This document shows, one piece after another, positions 1-13,096 of a stretch of 64,000 nucleotides of DNA. The stretch is from the NCBI GenBank assembly GCA_964057225.1, contig OZ059895.1:15810001-15874000 (forward strand), written 5' to 3'. The stretch's first letter is position 1. Each line of letters starts with the position of its first letter. The notes beneath the pieces are model-generated. The model was not told where the DNA came from, did not search any database, and was given only the letters and a program-made list of their open reading frames with translations. The translations under genes and the position numbers were made by a program. This DNA comes from Auanema rhodensis (taxonomy: Eukaryota > Animalia > Nematoda).

Positions 1-297
1 TTTGATTATCCACCTAAATGATTTTCGAATAACTTTTCTTTTTTCATCAATATCTAATTGATTTTCATATAGAAACTGCAATTGATGTCACTATGATATC
101 ATCTTTAACATTTCTTTCTATGATTTAAGAACCAGACGAATAATCCAAGATAAGATATTATATATAAGTTTAACGTATCATTTTGATCTTATGTTAGTTC
201 ACTGATACGTAAAGCCGACAATGGACCTTAAGACAGCTGTCCAAATATGTAGCTTCATTTTGACAAATTTCTCATTTTAATAGCGAAGTGTAACAGT

Positions 298-2628
298 ATG
301 CGTGTGCTTTCCAGACAGTTAAATATACGTCTTCTCATAAATGTTATTGGTAAGTATTTAGTTTCATTTATTCCTGTAATTAGGCTTCAACACATCTAAG
401 AGAAACTTTGTTCTAGGTTTTATCGTTATAACTATCTTAGCTTTACTTATTCGACACGATATTGAAGGTATTCGAGTTCAATTGTCACAACCCAGGTTCT
501 TTTTTATTTCTTTTTCTTGATTTAGTTGGTCCCAATCTGTATTCGTAAGCTGTATGCTTTATGTCTTATCAAAGACTTTGCCCATGCGTGTTGTATCGTT
601 TCTTTTAATATTCAATTGCTTCTATCATACCGTATATTAATATTTCGTTACAATTAATTTAAGTATTCTATTTACTAGAATATTCTCATATTCGATATAT
701 TTCGATTACAAATTTCTTGAAGATTAACAATAATTTATTTATTTTCTTTTAAATTCTCTTCGTTTTTGAGTTTTTAATATATTTCTATTATACAGTAGTC
801 ATTAGAAATATGGGTCAATTCGTTATCACTGATTATCTCAGAAACATAAATAGATTCTAGCAGTGTCATCCAATAAAACTAATCTTACTGTCAAATATTG
901 TTTATTCAAACAATTTATTCCTAACTGATATAACTTCTCATTTGGGAAAAACCGTTTACGTTTTGTCTTTACAGCTCGCCTGAAATAGAACTTGTGCAAT
1001 TAGAACCTGATACTGCGAGAGGCAATGCTTCCGCTGAAGCTTTTCTCGATATACCTGATATCTCTTATGAACAGAGAATAGAACTAGAAGCATGTTTAGA
1101 ACTTTTTAATCAATCCAACTGAATTATTATAGCCGCCTCCACTTCGATTTGCAATGCCACCGCCTCTTCCTGCGGTTTCACGAAACGATGTAAAGTATTT
1201 GACCACACAAGCTTATGGTATTGTAGCTGGTGGAGGATTAGGTAATCTCATATTCTAAACCAGATCATCAATGATAGCCTGCTATTAAGGAAATCAATTA
1301 TTTGAACTAATCTCAATGTTAGGAATAGCAAGAACTATCAATCGAGTGCCATTACTTAATCCATCCGAGCTTACACTGATGCAGGTTTTATTCATTTCAA
1401 TTTTTCAGCTATTATCGTTAAATTTTTTTATATTTTCAGTTATTACAATCGAATATCTTGCAACGTTTTGATAATTTATTGGAAAATTTTGAATTTAAAA
1501 TGATGTCTGTATGTTTAAATATTATAATTTTTATTCAAAATGATATAATATTTAAGACAAATATCTATACAACAATTCCATTTAACCGATACTGTTGTCG
1601 CTATGATGATATTGAGCGTCTACATTATTATCAAAATTCATCCGTTCTATTTCTGCAAGGCTACTACTTTCAGGTAAAATTATATAAACAATATTCAACT
1701 CACTATAATTCTGAATATTTTTAAGAGTTTTAAGTATTTTCATTCTTATAAAGCTGATGTAAGAAAGATGTTAACACCTCATTGGCTTGCTTTGAAACGA
1801 GCTGAATCACTCATTCCTCAATCCTATTCGTCAAACTTCGTGTTGGGTATCTTAATATTCTTCTGAGTATTTCATGTTTTCGCAGAATATGCACGCATGT
1901 ACGACGTGGTGATTTCGTTTCTGATGGAATGCATCAGCCATCTGATCCTATGTTCACTTATTCAGCTTCTGAATATTTAGTAAATAAATGTATTTTAAGC
2001 TAATATAATTAGTTTGAATAACATGACAGATATTTAGACAGTGCAAAACATTCTAAAATATCTCTTGTTGTTTTGGGTAATGATCCATTATGGGCTCAGA
2101 TTGTATTTGCAGGTACGAATAGTACACTCGACCCTTTTGTTATATTAAAATTGTTTTTTTTTCTCATCTACAGATCGATTAACTTACATGAAGAATAGAT
2201 ATCCTCTATTTTTTGAAAATGGTCAGCCACGACTTCGATCGAAAATTGAATATGATGTAGCTATAACTCCAACCTTAAACCCGGAGATTGATCTAGCATT
2301 TTCACAACAATTCTGTGATGTTGTACTTATAACAGGTATATTTATAAGTTATAGCTTATGTACAACATCTTATTGTTAAGCTCCTACGTCTACCTTTGGT
2401 TGGTGGTTAGGATATGTGTCGAAAGGAGACAGCCATGTCTATTATCGTGATGTTACTCAAACATCTGATCAAGTATAGCTTTCATAATATTTGTCAAATA
2501 AAGGAAAAACATGATTTCAGGTTTTATCTGAGCTAAGTCCTGAAGATTTTTATCCACCAGAATGGACAATGCTTCGAAGTAACGCAGACAATTCCATGGT
2601 TAAGGAATTTCCAATGAAATCTATATAG
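298..2628 (+). CDS. Alpha-1,2-fucosyltransferase, glycosyltransferase family 11 (multi-exon)
   Basis: Spliced translation gives an N-terminal TM anchor, GGGLGNQLFEL (motif I), ICTHVRRGDF (motif II) and STFGWWLGY (motif III), ending DFYPPEW...SI-stop. Inner exon boundaries are approximate. Confidence 0.88.
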
Positions 2629-2693
2629 TTAACATCTAACTATATACATATAATTTATTTGTACATTATATGTTTTAATAAAAATTATAATAA

Positions 2694-2696
<3 letters not shown>

Positions 2697-2729
<33 letters not shown>
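2697..2729. repeat. (TA)n microsatellite
   Basis: Run of ~16 TA units just after the fucosyltransferase 3' end. Confidence 0.95.
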
Positions 2730-2731
<2 letters not shown>

Positions 2732-3543
2732 AATTTATATAAGAATACATCAATTATTTACAATTTCATTCAATATAAGCATGAGAAACACAAGAAATAC
2801 ACGAGCGAATAATTTGTATAAAATTGGAAATACATACATATAGTTAGTAAACATAAGTAGAAATAAGTAGTAAGTATATACAAATCTATTTTAAAATTAT
2901 TTCATCTTCTTCATGTATCTTCATTGTTAAATACAAAAATGAATATATACACCTACTACATTAGACAGAGCTATGTGACTATGTCCTTTAGCTTGATAAG
3001 AACATACACAGTGAGAGTGTCGTACAAATAGTTTATGGAATACGGTTTTCTAGACTCTATCGATTATAGCAAATGACAAAATTAAATTTACTATGAAAAT
3101 ACTTTATCTTGTTCTTGTTCTTCTTGTTCTTCTTTTTTTTTATTTTACAAAAAATGTCTTACATTTGACATTAAAGTTCACAAATATCTGATTGAAGCTC
3201 TGCCAGTGTTGTTGTTGAAATGTTTAATAATCTTGAATTCATTCTCATTTTATTATTATTATAGTTAGCCATCAATATAAAGTATTTGTTTTAAATTTAC
3301 TACTTTCACATATATATTTTGGTTTATCATTAATTAAAACATTTTTTGAATGCTAAGGTGTGTCATCACTACTTGTATTGAAACAACATAAGACAAATTA
3401 TACTACTTCAGCAGTTAGAAGATGGCATGTTCCATTTAATAATTTATTTTTAACTCTTTCTTTGTCTTCAAACTCCAATTAATTTAATTGTTTTAATTCT
3501 AAATTTTATTTTATATATATGATTTAGAAGCTGAAAAAGTAGT

Positions 3544-5017
3544 ATGAATACCAACAATGGCTCATCGCGTGAAAATGTTAAACATGCTGTTGACAACATA
3601 CTTTCAGTTCAATCTATTGAACAACCTATATTCAACAACTTTCCGGTGTTTACTCCTGTTTTATGGCCTTATCCTGTTGGTTTCTTTTTTTTTCTGCTCA
3701 TTACAATCATTTCAAAGTTTAATACACTTAAGGTAAGCTTGACGTTACCTTTTGTCTCAGGATTGGGTGCATCTAGTCAGCCTGCTGCAGCTTTGCAATT
3801 GTTGAATTCTCAACATGTCCTATTAGGTCAATTGTATAATTTACAACCTTTTTTATCCTCAGTATCACATGTTGAAAATGAGCAAAGTTCAATACAAGTA
3901 TTAATATTTTCTTTTAATAGTCAATTGAAGAAGTATTTTCAGAATACAAGCATTAATGATCCGAATGCACGTTCTCAGAATATATTAATGACAAAAGATG
4001 CGATTGAAAAGTGAATATATTAGACATTTAGATGTGTTTTTCTGAATAATATGCTGTTATAGAGCTTCAGAATCGTCTGAAGATTTTCATATCGACGTTG
4101 AAAAAGGTAATGACAGAGAAAACATCAGTGCGGAGCTAAAACATAATTCAAGTCCGGTCACCAAAGTTAGTCAATCATGTTTAATTTTATTATTCAATAG
4201 AATTACTTTTGAAATTCAGCTAGCAAGTGCCTTAGAACAAGATCATGATCGTACATCTCCGAAAATGGACACAAAAGAGACTCTCGATGACAATAGTGAT
4301 GAAGATAATGAGCAAGACACGAGAGATTCAAACTATAAATATTCGAATAAGCTTGATTTAGTTCCAGCATATGTAAACTTTTCCGTTTTCTCCATTACAT
4401 ATATATTAGAAGTTCAGGAAAAAAATACTCGTTTAGCATCAAATGGAAATTCAGAATACTACATTCTAGAAAAACAAAAAGTAGAAACTTTCTACCAGAA
4501 TTTTGAAGTTATATCATTGTTAAGGGAAAACCGAGAGGCAAAAACGCAAGAAATATGGGAGAAGAGACAACGAAAGCAAAAACTAAGGTTTTGTTTCGTT
4601 ATAAACAACAAAGCAATGATAAAAAATTTAGAGAAAGGTAGGAAGGCCTCTCAAAAGTCCGAGAGGGCGCAATGCGATAATCAAACGCGAGCATCTAATC
4701 AAACTTGGATTCGCTCTTCCTAATGTGAGTACTTTTCGTTTTATTTTCTTGTTTACACAACTTTTGAAGGTATCGAATGCGGGAAAAAAACCATATGCTG
4801 GAATAGGAACAGTATACAAAGCTGTAAGTTTGTCATGCTCATTCATTGCTGTATAATATAAACTGCAGGTCAAAGTAGAATATGGGGGATCGTGTAAGCC
4901 AGAGAAAAGAGAAACAGAGAACGATGATGTATCAAATGAAGTTGATATTTCCCTTTAAATCTTATTGAATACTAATTTTTTCAGAAAACTGCGAATGGCG
5001 AAATGCAACAGAGCTGA
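3544..5017 (+). CDS. Unknown low-complexity protein with acidic region and AT-hook-like RKVGRPLKS motif (multi-exon)
   Basis: A chain of short exons with GT..AG introns can be joined from the ATG at 3544 to the TGA at 5015-5017. No family recognised, and the exon path is uncertain. Confidence 0.5.
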
Positions 5018-5324
5018 GCTTCCACGATGTTTCGATTATATAATAGACTGGTGTTCGAATCGTACCATTCGAATATTGTTATACTTATCTAAATAGTTTG
5101 AAAACAAAAAAAATGGTATGATGATTCATACTTTGTACTAATCATATGTAAATTATTAAATATTAGAAAATTAGAAAATTTATTCTCTAAACATACGAGA
5201 TAAAATATTACAGACACACTGTCATTTTAGGAGTACCCATACCCCAAATATCACATTGAAAAGTTAGTACAGTCGGATATATTATGATTTTGGACACAAC
5301 GAATTAAATTAAATATACATAAAG

Positions 5325-6162
5325 CTAAGAATGAGAAACGATCATCCAACTCACAACAAAGTAGAACAAGAATATGGGATAGACAACAAGTATTTTCTTC
5401 TTATCCGTAATGCAACCTGCGAGGAAACCCATTGAAGCTGTAAAATTATGTATTAGATAATATGTTTTCAAAAAAACTAACCATATGTGGACCAACTAAA
5501 ACCAATTGCAGTAATAAGCAATCGAAGATAGAAGAGTTTTTCGTGTAACAACGTGGTACAGATGATGGCGGAGACCAAAGGTGGAAGAAGACAGTATCCA
5601 ATCACGCAAATTGATTGGAAAAATGAACTATAAATAGAGAAAACTTATAAAAAAGTATTTTGTCGGCAACACAAACATATGTCCTCCAAGAAGTTTAATA
5701 TTAGCTGTGACAATTACTGATCCAAAAAAGGTAATTGAAAAAACTTGAGTAAACTGAGGAGCGCTTCCATTTGTAGAATTATGTTGTAGCAAACTGAATG
5801 ATGTTTTGCTTAAGTTTCTATTTTTTTTCGAAGCAACTCACATTGACAAGGCTACACATATGAACAAAGGACCCCACAAGTCCCAATCTTTCAGCAGTTG
5901 TTCTTTATCTCCTTTAGGTAGGATTACATGACCAAACTTAGCACAAATCGTTTTTAAATCACGCTTCTATAAAGAAAAAATAATAATTAATGTACAATAA
6001 AACATGAAACGTACCACAGTATCCCATACAGGCTCATCCAAAGTATCCAGCTCCGTGTCTAAATCCACATCTTGCATAACTGTTCTTCTGGGAGCAGGGC
6101 GGGATGAACCTAAAACCAAATCATAGTATAAATATGATTTATGATTGTCGACACATACCCAT
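5325..6162 (-). CDS. YIPF6: Yip1-domain protein YIPF6
   Basis: Motifs TLDEPVWDTV, LLKDWDLWGPL, FFQSICVIGYCLLPP and LVVYPIFLFY. The first coding exon is only ATG G, placed right after a TTTCAG acceptor. Confidence 0.9.
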
Positions 6163-6768
6163 CCCTGAAATGTTGCCAGCAAGCTCAGTTTTATTCCTAC
6201 GATTTTCTTCCTTTGCTGCTATTTCTTTTTCCAACTAGAATAAATTTAAATAAGTCACAAAAAACGTTATGTAGCATACTAAATCTATGTCCACCGCTGC
6301 ATTACCGAAAGACGCCATATTTACAGAATTACAAGAGTTTAAAAATAACTATTGAAACTGAAATAAAGTAATAAACAATCAAAAGAAAATTATTTTCATT
6401 ACGAGTTATATAATTAATAACAAGATTACAAATGATGTAAACACACTCTACAATTATAAAAAATAATTATAATATTTAATTAAAACTAATAAACATATTA
6501 AAAACCCGATAAAAGCTAAATCTCTTAATGTATAACATGAAAGCAGTTTTATATATAATCCACATATATTCGCGACGGGGCCTTTTCTGCTCCAATCGTA
6601 AAATGACACCGTCAAATGCGGGAACAGCAATATTTTAAACTTCTCTATATGATAAATGTAATGTAAGCTTCTAATATTACTAATTCAAGTGTTCAAATAT
6701 TTTTTTCATGAAATTTTCTTAAAATGGAATTAGAAATATAGTGAAGTTTATTTTTTTAAGTTCCCAGT
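6163..6768. promoter_or_regulatory. Divergent (head-to-head) promoter region YIPF6 / pri-2
   Basis: ~600 bp AT-rich spacer with a local GC-rich patch (cgcgacgggg, gcgggaa E2F-like) at ~6570-6625. Confidence 0.45.
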
Positions 6769-8802
6769 ATGTTGTTCACGGGTGGTGGAGCTCCTACGAG
6801 TAGAGCATCTCGTCATAATATATTGTTGAGATCAAAAAATATAAAGGTTGCAATATTCTTCTTATCAATCTTATTAAGTACTTTTTTTAGCTCGAAGTAA
6901 CTGGGATTAATGGTTGCGAACTACCAATGTATAACACACCTCCCTCGGAGGACATTAGTCTGGAGGAATTTGACAAAATAGCTTTTCAGCGATTGAATCT
7001 TTTAAAGGTACTCGGGAGAAATAGATAGTAGAAATAACTTATGAAATTAAGAAACTTGAAAATTTGAAAGAAATTTCCCCACCTGGAACCGAAGAATTTA
7101 CATCACTTGCCAAATTCGAGTTTAATAAAGCTTTCAGCGGACGTAATTTATCATCTTTTCAATCTTTAGTCTTACAAATAATTGTTCAGCTCAAAAAAAG
7201 CAAAATGACATTATTGGGCATTACATTTTGAGATTAGCCTTCTGTCGAAATCCAGAGAACATGAAATGGTTAATTCAACAGGAAGTAGACTTGTTCCGGT
7301 ATGTTTCTCAGATTCGAGTCACCTGATAACTTTTTTCAGTGCTCGCTTCCAATCGTTGAGTGGTATTCAAGTAGTTGATTTTATGAATGAAAATGATATA
7401 AATCTTGAATCTGTTGGTTTATTGGTAAATATGCCTCTTCATTATCCTGTATTCAGGTTACGAAAGAAGAGAAGGAAGCCCTCTGTGATAGTTTATCTAG
7501 TGCATGCGCAATGTCTGCTGAATATGTGCTGTCCACTGATTTTTTCAAAGTAAAAAAGATCTCTGAATTAAATTCGATTTTAATTTCAGTTAGACTTCAC
7601 TGAAGCCTTAGAACTGGTTCGGCGGAGAAAAGTGTTTTTGAGCCATGGTTTTGCTTATGTTTGTGCTAATGATCTCAGTGTAATTATGTGTTCAATGCTT
7701 AGAGGAGATATCGGATCTGCTATGATTGTAAGTTGCATTTATCATGAATGATGTATAATTATTTTTCTTTTTTTAAGTCAGCAGCTAAACATTTGGCACT
7801 TATTGAAGAAGAAGGAAGAATATTACCCAGATTAGCTCGACTTGCAAATAATGCTTATAACGGAAAGCAATATGATGGAAAAGAAAATCAGAATAAGATA
7901 TCTCGTCATGATATTGATGCTGTAATTTTGATAACCCTAATATTCGTATGAATTTTTGTATATATACAGTTATGTGCTGCATCCTTCCCTCCTTGCATGA
8001 AATTTACACACGCCGGATTAAGGGGTAATCACCACTTACGTCATGGTGGAAGAAGGTGAGTTCAAATTGAGTTTTTACCATTAACAATATTTTTTAGGCA
8101 ATATGGCCTTTTCCTCAAGGGGATAGGTTTATCTCTTGAAGAAGCTCTGTTATTCATGAGAGAAGAGTTCACAAAAAAATTAGATGCTGACAAGGTTGAT
8201 TTCGTTTTTTTTTCAAGTTGAATCACGATAGCCTTTTAGTTTGATAAAGAATACGCTTACAATATTCGGCATATGTATGGTAAAGAAGGAAAACGAGTAG
8301 AATATAATGCGTTTTCTTGTTCTAATATAATATTAAATAATCCTCCTTCCACCCTTGATTGCCATGGTGAATTTTTCCTATAGTTTGAACACCTGTGGTG
8401 ATTCATTTAGGTTGCCCGTTCAAACATTTAGAAGCAAATGCTCTACGTCATAAAATTGAGCGTGATGGTGTTACCAAAACACAAAGTGAAAAGGTAGAGT
8501 TAGGCGAGTGTCTCATATGTTCTTATTCATTCTTCAGATTATGAACTTGACAAAAGAATTTGCTTTTGACAAGGCTTGCACAAGATATTTCGAATTCACT
8601 CACAAGATGGACGAAGGCGCTTTAGGCCAACTAATTACTCACCCTAACCAATATTATGAATTATCTCGAGAGGTTTTCTAATTTTGCACTGAATGCTCAT
8701 ATATATTTTATTGAAATTTAGGTTCTGGCTGGTAACCGAGCAAAAGATAACCATATTATAGTTACACAACAAGTATCAGAGGAAGATATGGAGTGGAGTT
8801 AA
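6769..8802 (+). CDS. pri-2: DNA primase large subunit (PRIM2)
   Basis: Motifs [76 protein letters not shown] and HPNQYY, including the Fe-S cysteines. Confidence 0.96.
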
Positions 8803-9325
8803 CATTCTGTCAGATATACCCTGTATTTATGCAATAAAATTTTTGATATAAGTTTTGATGAAACTCGGTACAAGAAAGTGATCTTCCTCTTGTCTGTTAG
8901 ACTCATCAAAGTTTGCCCGTCTTAGTTTGACGGATCCCCTAGAGCCTTAAGTTATCTCATCCAGTTGAATTTGAAGATATCTACTTTCACAGAAAAATGA
9001 AAGATTAAAGGATTGCTTGAAATAGTAAACATTTTGCAACTTTTCCGCTAAACGATCAATATGTAGGTATTTGTAGCTTTTTAAGCATGCTATTGCTCTT
9101 AGTCCATTAATTAGTTTTGGTTTCGCGCCAGAACGACGTGAGTTTAAAAATGCTAACGTATACGTAGCCATATGTTATTTTTGCCTATGCATAGATTGTC
9201 GGTAAATTAATATCATTCGAGCATATTTCAATCTTTTCTGCCGAAATTTCTCCTTTCTCTTATGCTCTTCACATCTTTTCTATTTATGCTGACAACGCTT
9301 CAATAAGAAACGAGCAAAAATTTCA

Positions 9326-12300
9326 ATGAAAGAGATGAGAGGAAGAGGCGGAGAGAAAGCAAATCGGGGCGGGGGAGCATTGGTTAACAGATACATTGGC
9401 CATATGCGTGCTAGAGAAAGACATGGGCAAGAAATCCGTAAGTATCTGGAGTTCATTGTTACTCTGTCGCAATTGTCCTTTAATTTATTAACCATTCTAC
9501 TCACGTTATTTTTTTTATTCCTTTACCATTGTTTTCTCTGTAGTTTCTTGTCTGCTCACATCGCATTTTACCGTTCCAATCGGTATGCACTTAACGTTCC
9601 ATTTATATTAATTCCCTAATAGTTGTTGAAGATCCAATATGTTTTGCTGTTATAATTGCATAGCCTCTCGCATTTATGATGGTGCTCAGTGAATTTCGTA
9701 TTTTGTTTTTATTTCTTAGAAAAGGCGTGGTATAATCAAAAATGTTCTGTATTGTTGTTGGACATACTCGGTCAAACTTTTTTATTGATTACTCATGTTC
9801 ATTTACCCTTCAGCATTCTTTACACTTGCACAGAAATTGTGTTTTGATTTGGCTTTAGCTTCTCCAATTTATACTTTTACTTATATTTCTTAATTAAGGA
9901 ATTGTTTGTCTAAAATTCAATATGGAAATTCTCTCATCATATCTTTGTTCTTATTTTTTTCATTGGCTTCTCTCATGACATCATGATATATTTAGTCCGC
10001 AGTGTTTTTTTTTTCGATGTTCTAAATTTACCATTTTTTTTTCACTGAGCGTGCCGTCTAAAAATGTTAAAATTTTGCTCTCATCGAATGTGAAAGTCGA
10101 AACCACAGGCTTTTTCATATCTCTTTTGTTTCTTGAGTTGAGGATGGGCATCTCATGACACTTGGTTTTAAGCCATTGCCCATTTTCTAGAGTAGGGATC
10201 AGATAAATTGACTGGTGAAGCTGTATGCGCCGAAAAAAGCATCGATTCACCATCTAAGGAGCTTTCGGAGATGTTTGAGAGCCAGCTGCCAACTGCTATT
10301 CTTCTCTATCTATTTAGAAAGAAAATTGGGCTTTTTTGCTATCAAACATCGTCCTTTCTTTCTCATCTGGGTGGTTTCATCTTTCAGTCAGTTCCTTGTC
10401 TCTTATCGGACGTCGTTTTGGGACCAAGGGGTTATTTTTTCTCAATCTTATATTCTTGTGCTCAACCTCGTCTAGATGACTAATCCATTCTTGCGAATGT
10501 TATACGCCTCTAAACTCCTTCTGTTCTGCTCGCCTTTTCATGCTGGCTTCAGGGGATTATGGCAGCTAATACTAAACTGAATCAAATAATTGAAATCTAA
10601 TTCTATTGACATCGGTTTCTAAGAATCTTTTCGGATCATTTATTTATCCTCCCTTTTTCACCTCTGAAAAATTAAATAATATATGATAACTGATGGTATT
10701 CGAACAAGAGAGAAGAATAAAGTGAGATGCCTTTGTATGGCATATTCTTTTTTCATTTTTTCTTTTCGGGATAATCTTTTGAGCTAGTGATTCTGTTCAA
10801 GAAAGCAGTTCTGAATATTTGCTGATGAATAATACCTTTTCTACGAATAAAACGTTGCATAATGACCCAACACCTGAATTGTTAAGCACATTGCTCCTTG
10901 AATAGAATATTTCAGAAACTTCCTGGATGATTTCTTGTGCAGTCACTCAATGAAGAGTATATTTCTCATACTTCTAGCTATTGCATTGCTGAACCATTGT
11001 CCTTCAACTAAGACGTTGAGGCTATGCTATGTTGTTTGGCGCCCAATTTTATTCTCTATCTTTCTCTTTTCTTTCCGATTTTCTGTGCCTCCTCCTCACT
11101 CATCTTAGCTGATGGAGTTTTTATCGCCTATTTTTTGTGTGAAGTGAACAATGTCTTTTAGCATCTTCACCTTTCCTTTCCGTCTCATTTCACCTGTCTC
11201 CAATACTGTGTCCTCTGTTATTGAGCATTAGACCTCACCGTTGAGTCCGAAATCTTAGGCCATTTTCTTGTAGACATGGAAAACGAAGAAAGCACTTCGC
11301 AATCCCAAGCAGAGGAAAATACCTCCGATAGCAGCGGGAATCCTCCGAAATTGGTAAGTAACTTAAATTAATAAGGCTTCATATACATATACAGTTGTTT
11401 CTGAAAATGTCATTTGCAGGAGCCTGCTGAAGATATTTATGACACATCAGCAGTATCCACTGGAACGGAGAATTTAGATTCATCTGTCGGAACACAGAGT
11501 GAAAGCACTAAGAAGAAGAGTAAGGTAACATCTTTAATGAAAGTCTCAAATATCACTCGTGTTATGCTAACTTTTTAAAGGCAAAGGACGCAAATAGGTC
11601 TTGGACCAAGCTTGAAGACCCTAATGCTCCACGGAAACCTAGATCTGCATATGTTCATTTCTTGAGGTTAGTGTTTGTATTCTTATTCTAGAATTAAATT
11701 CTCATGTTTAGTTCGAGGAGAGCTTTTTATGGAACAGCAAAACAAGGATGTGACCAAAGGCGGATAAATGTTCTTCTTGCTGCTGAATGGCAAGCTCTTA
11801 CTCCCGATGATCGCCAGGTTTAGTTTTTTCAAAATCTCTGACTAACTTCTTCGTTGTTTTACTTGTTCTCTGAAAACATTTCTTTTATTTTAAGAAATAT
11901 CACGATTTATCGGCAAAAGAAAGGGCGGAGTATCAGACGGCTCTTCAAGCTTATCAAAAAACTGAGCAATATGCCTCATTCATGCGTGAGTTTCTTGTTT
12001 TTATCTGTAGACTTAATCTTTTCTCAAGAAATGCTATCCCTAAGCGAATTTATGTGTGCATGAGAAATGTGATATGGCTTTCAAAAGTAGCGATATATGA
12101 TTTGAAATGGGATTGTTTGAAACTTTAAATTTAAAAGTTTTTAAGAAACTACTCTAAGTATAATGCACTTGTATATCAAAAGATTGTTGTAAAAATAACA
12201 TGAATACACGTCGGAAATATCAAAATACTACACATATACATCAATCTTCTGAGATTTTTTGATGAGAATTCAATTTTTTTGTTTATTATTTTAACTTTCA

Positions 12301-13096
12301 GAAAAAAAAGAACTTATAATGCGCCAAAGAAAGCAGTGTCGTAAAATGGGAATAGAATCTGACTCCTTAGTTGAATCAATGATGCTAAATATGAATACAC
12401 CCGACGTTAAGCCGAAGAAAAATTCTAAGGTTTGTAGTATTTTGAATGTCCGTCGCATGCTTTCTGTTTTTTAGCTTCCAGATATAAATTTCCCTACGCC
12501 AATGCTTCCAAATACAGACATTCCAATCTTTAGTAAAGAATTCCTTGAATATAATAAAGGTGAATAGTTTATTATTATTATTGATGTTATTAGTTAGGAT
12601 TTTGCTTTTTATTGCTTTACTCTAAATTTTATTTCAGAAAGAGAGAACAGGTTAAGACAAATAAGGAGATCAATTGGAATAGCGGAAGATGAACAAGAAT
12701 CCATGAAGAGTACCATTGAACGCCTACAAACTAATTGTGACGTTATGAAAACTCAAACGGCTGAAGGTAAGTACCAATTACGTTTTTCAATGCTTATATT
12801 CAACTCATATTCACTTCAGACACAAAGATTCTTAATGATGCTAGTATATTATTAAATACGTGGATTCAAATTGCAAATGCTGCCTTCCACAAATCACCTA
12901 CAAACAGTTTTCCAGGTTGGTCAAGTTTAGCCTTAATAGCGGTTTGGATGGTTTAATTGTTTCAGAATTAACGAAAATGTCCCATTCTGAATGTACGGAA
13001 TGGATAAGTGCCATAGCTAATCAAACAGGAGCAAACGCCCATTTAAACGGATCTGTGAAAACTGCCCTTCAGAACTTGTCGTTTTTACCAAAATAG
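9326..13096 (+). CDS. hmg-20: HMG-box protein of HMG20A/B (BRAF35) type; core CDS from ATG 11276, optional upstream coding exon 9326-9437
   Basis: HMG box DPNAPRKPRSAYVHFL...LAAEWQALTPDDRQ, then the HMG20 signature DIPIFSKEFLEYNK followed by a coiled coil. Exon 9326-9437 (C|GTAAGT) splices in frame to the acceptor at 11273. Confidence 0.85.
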
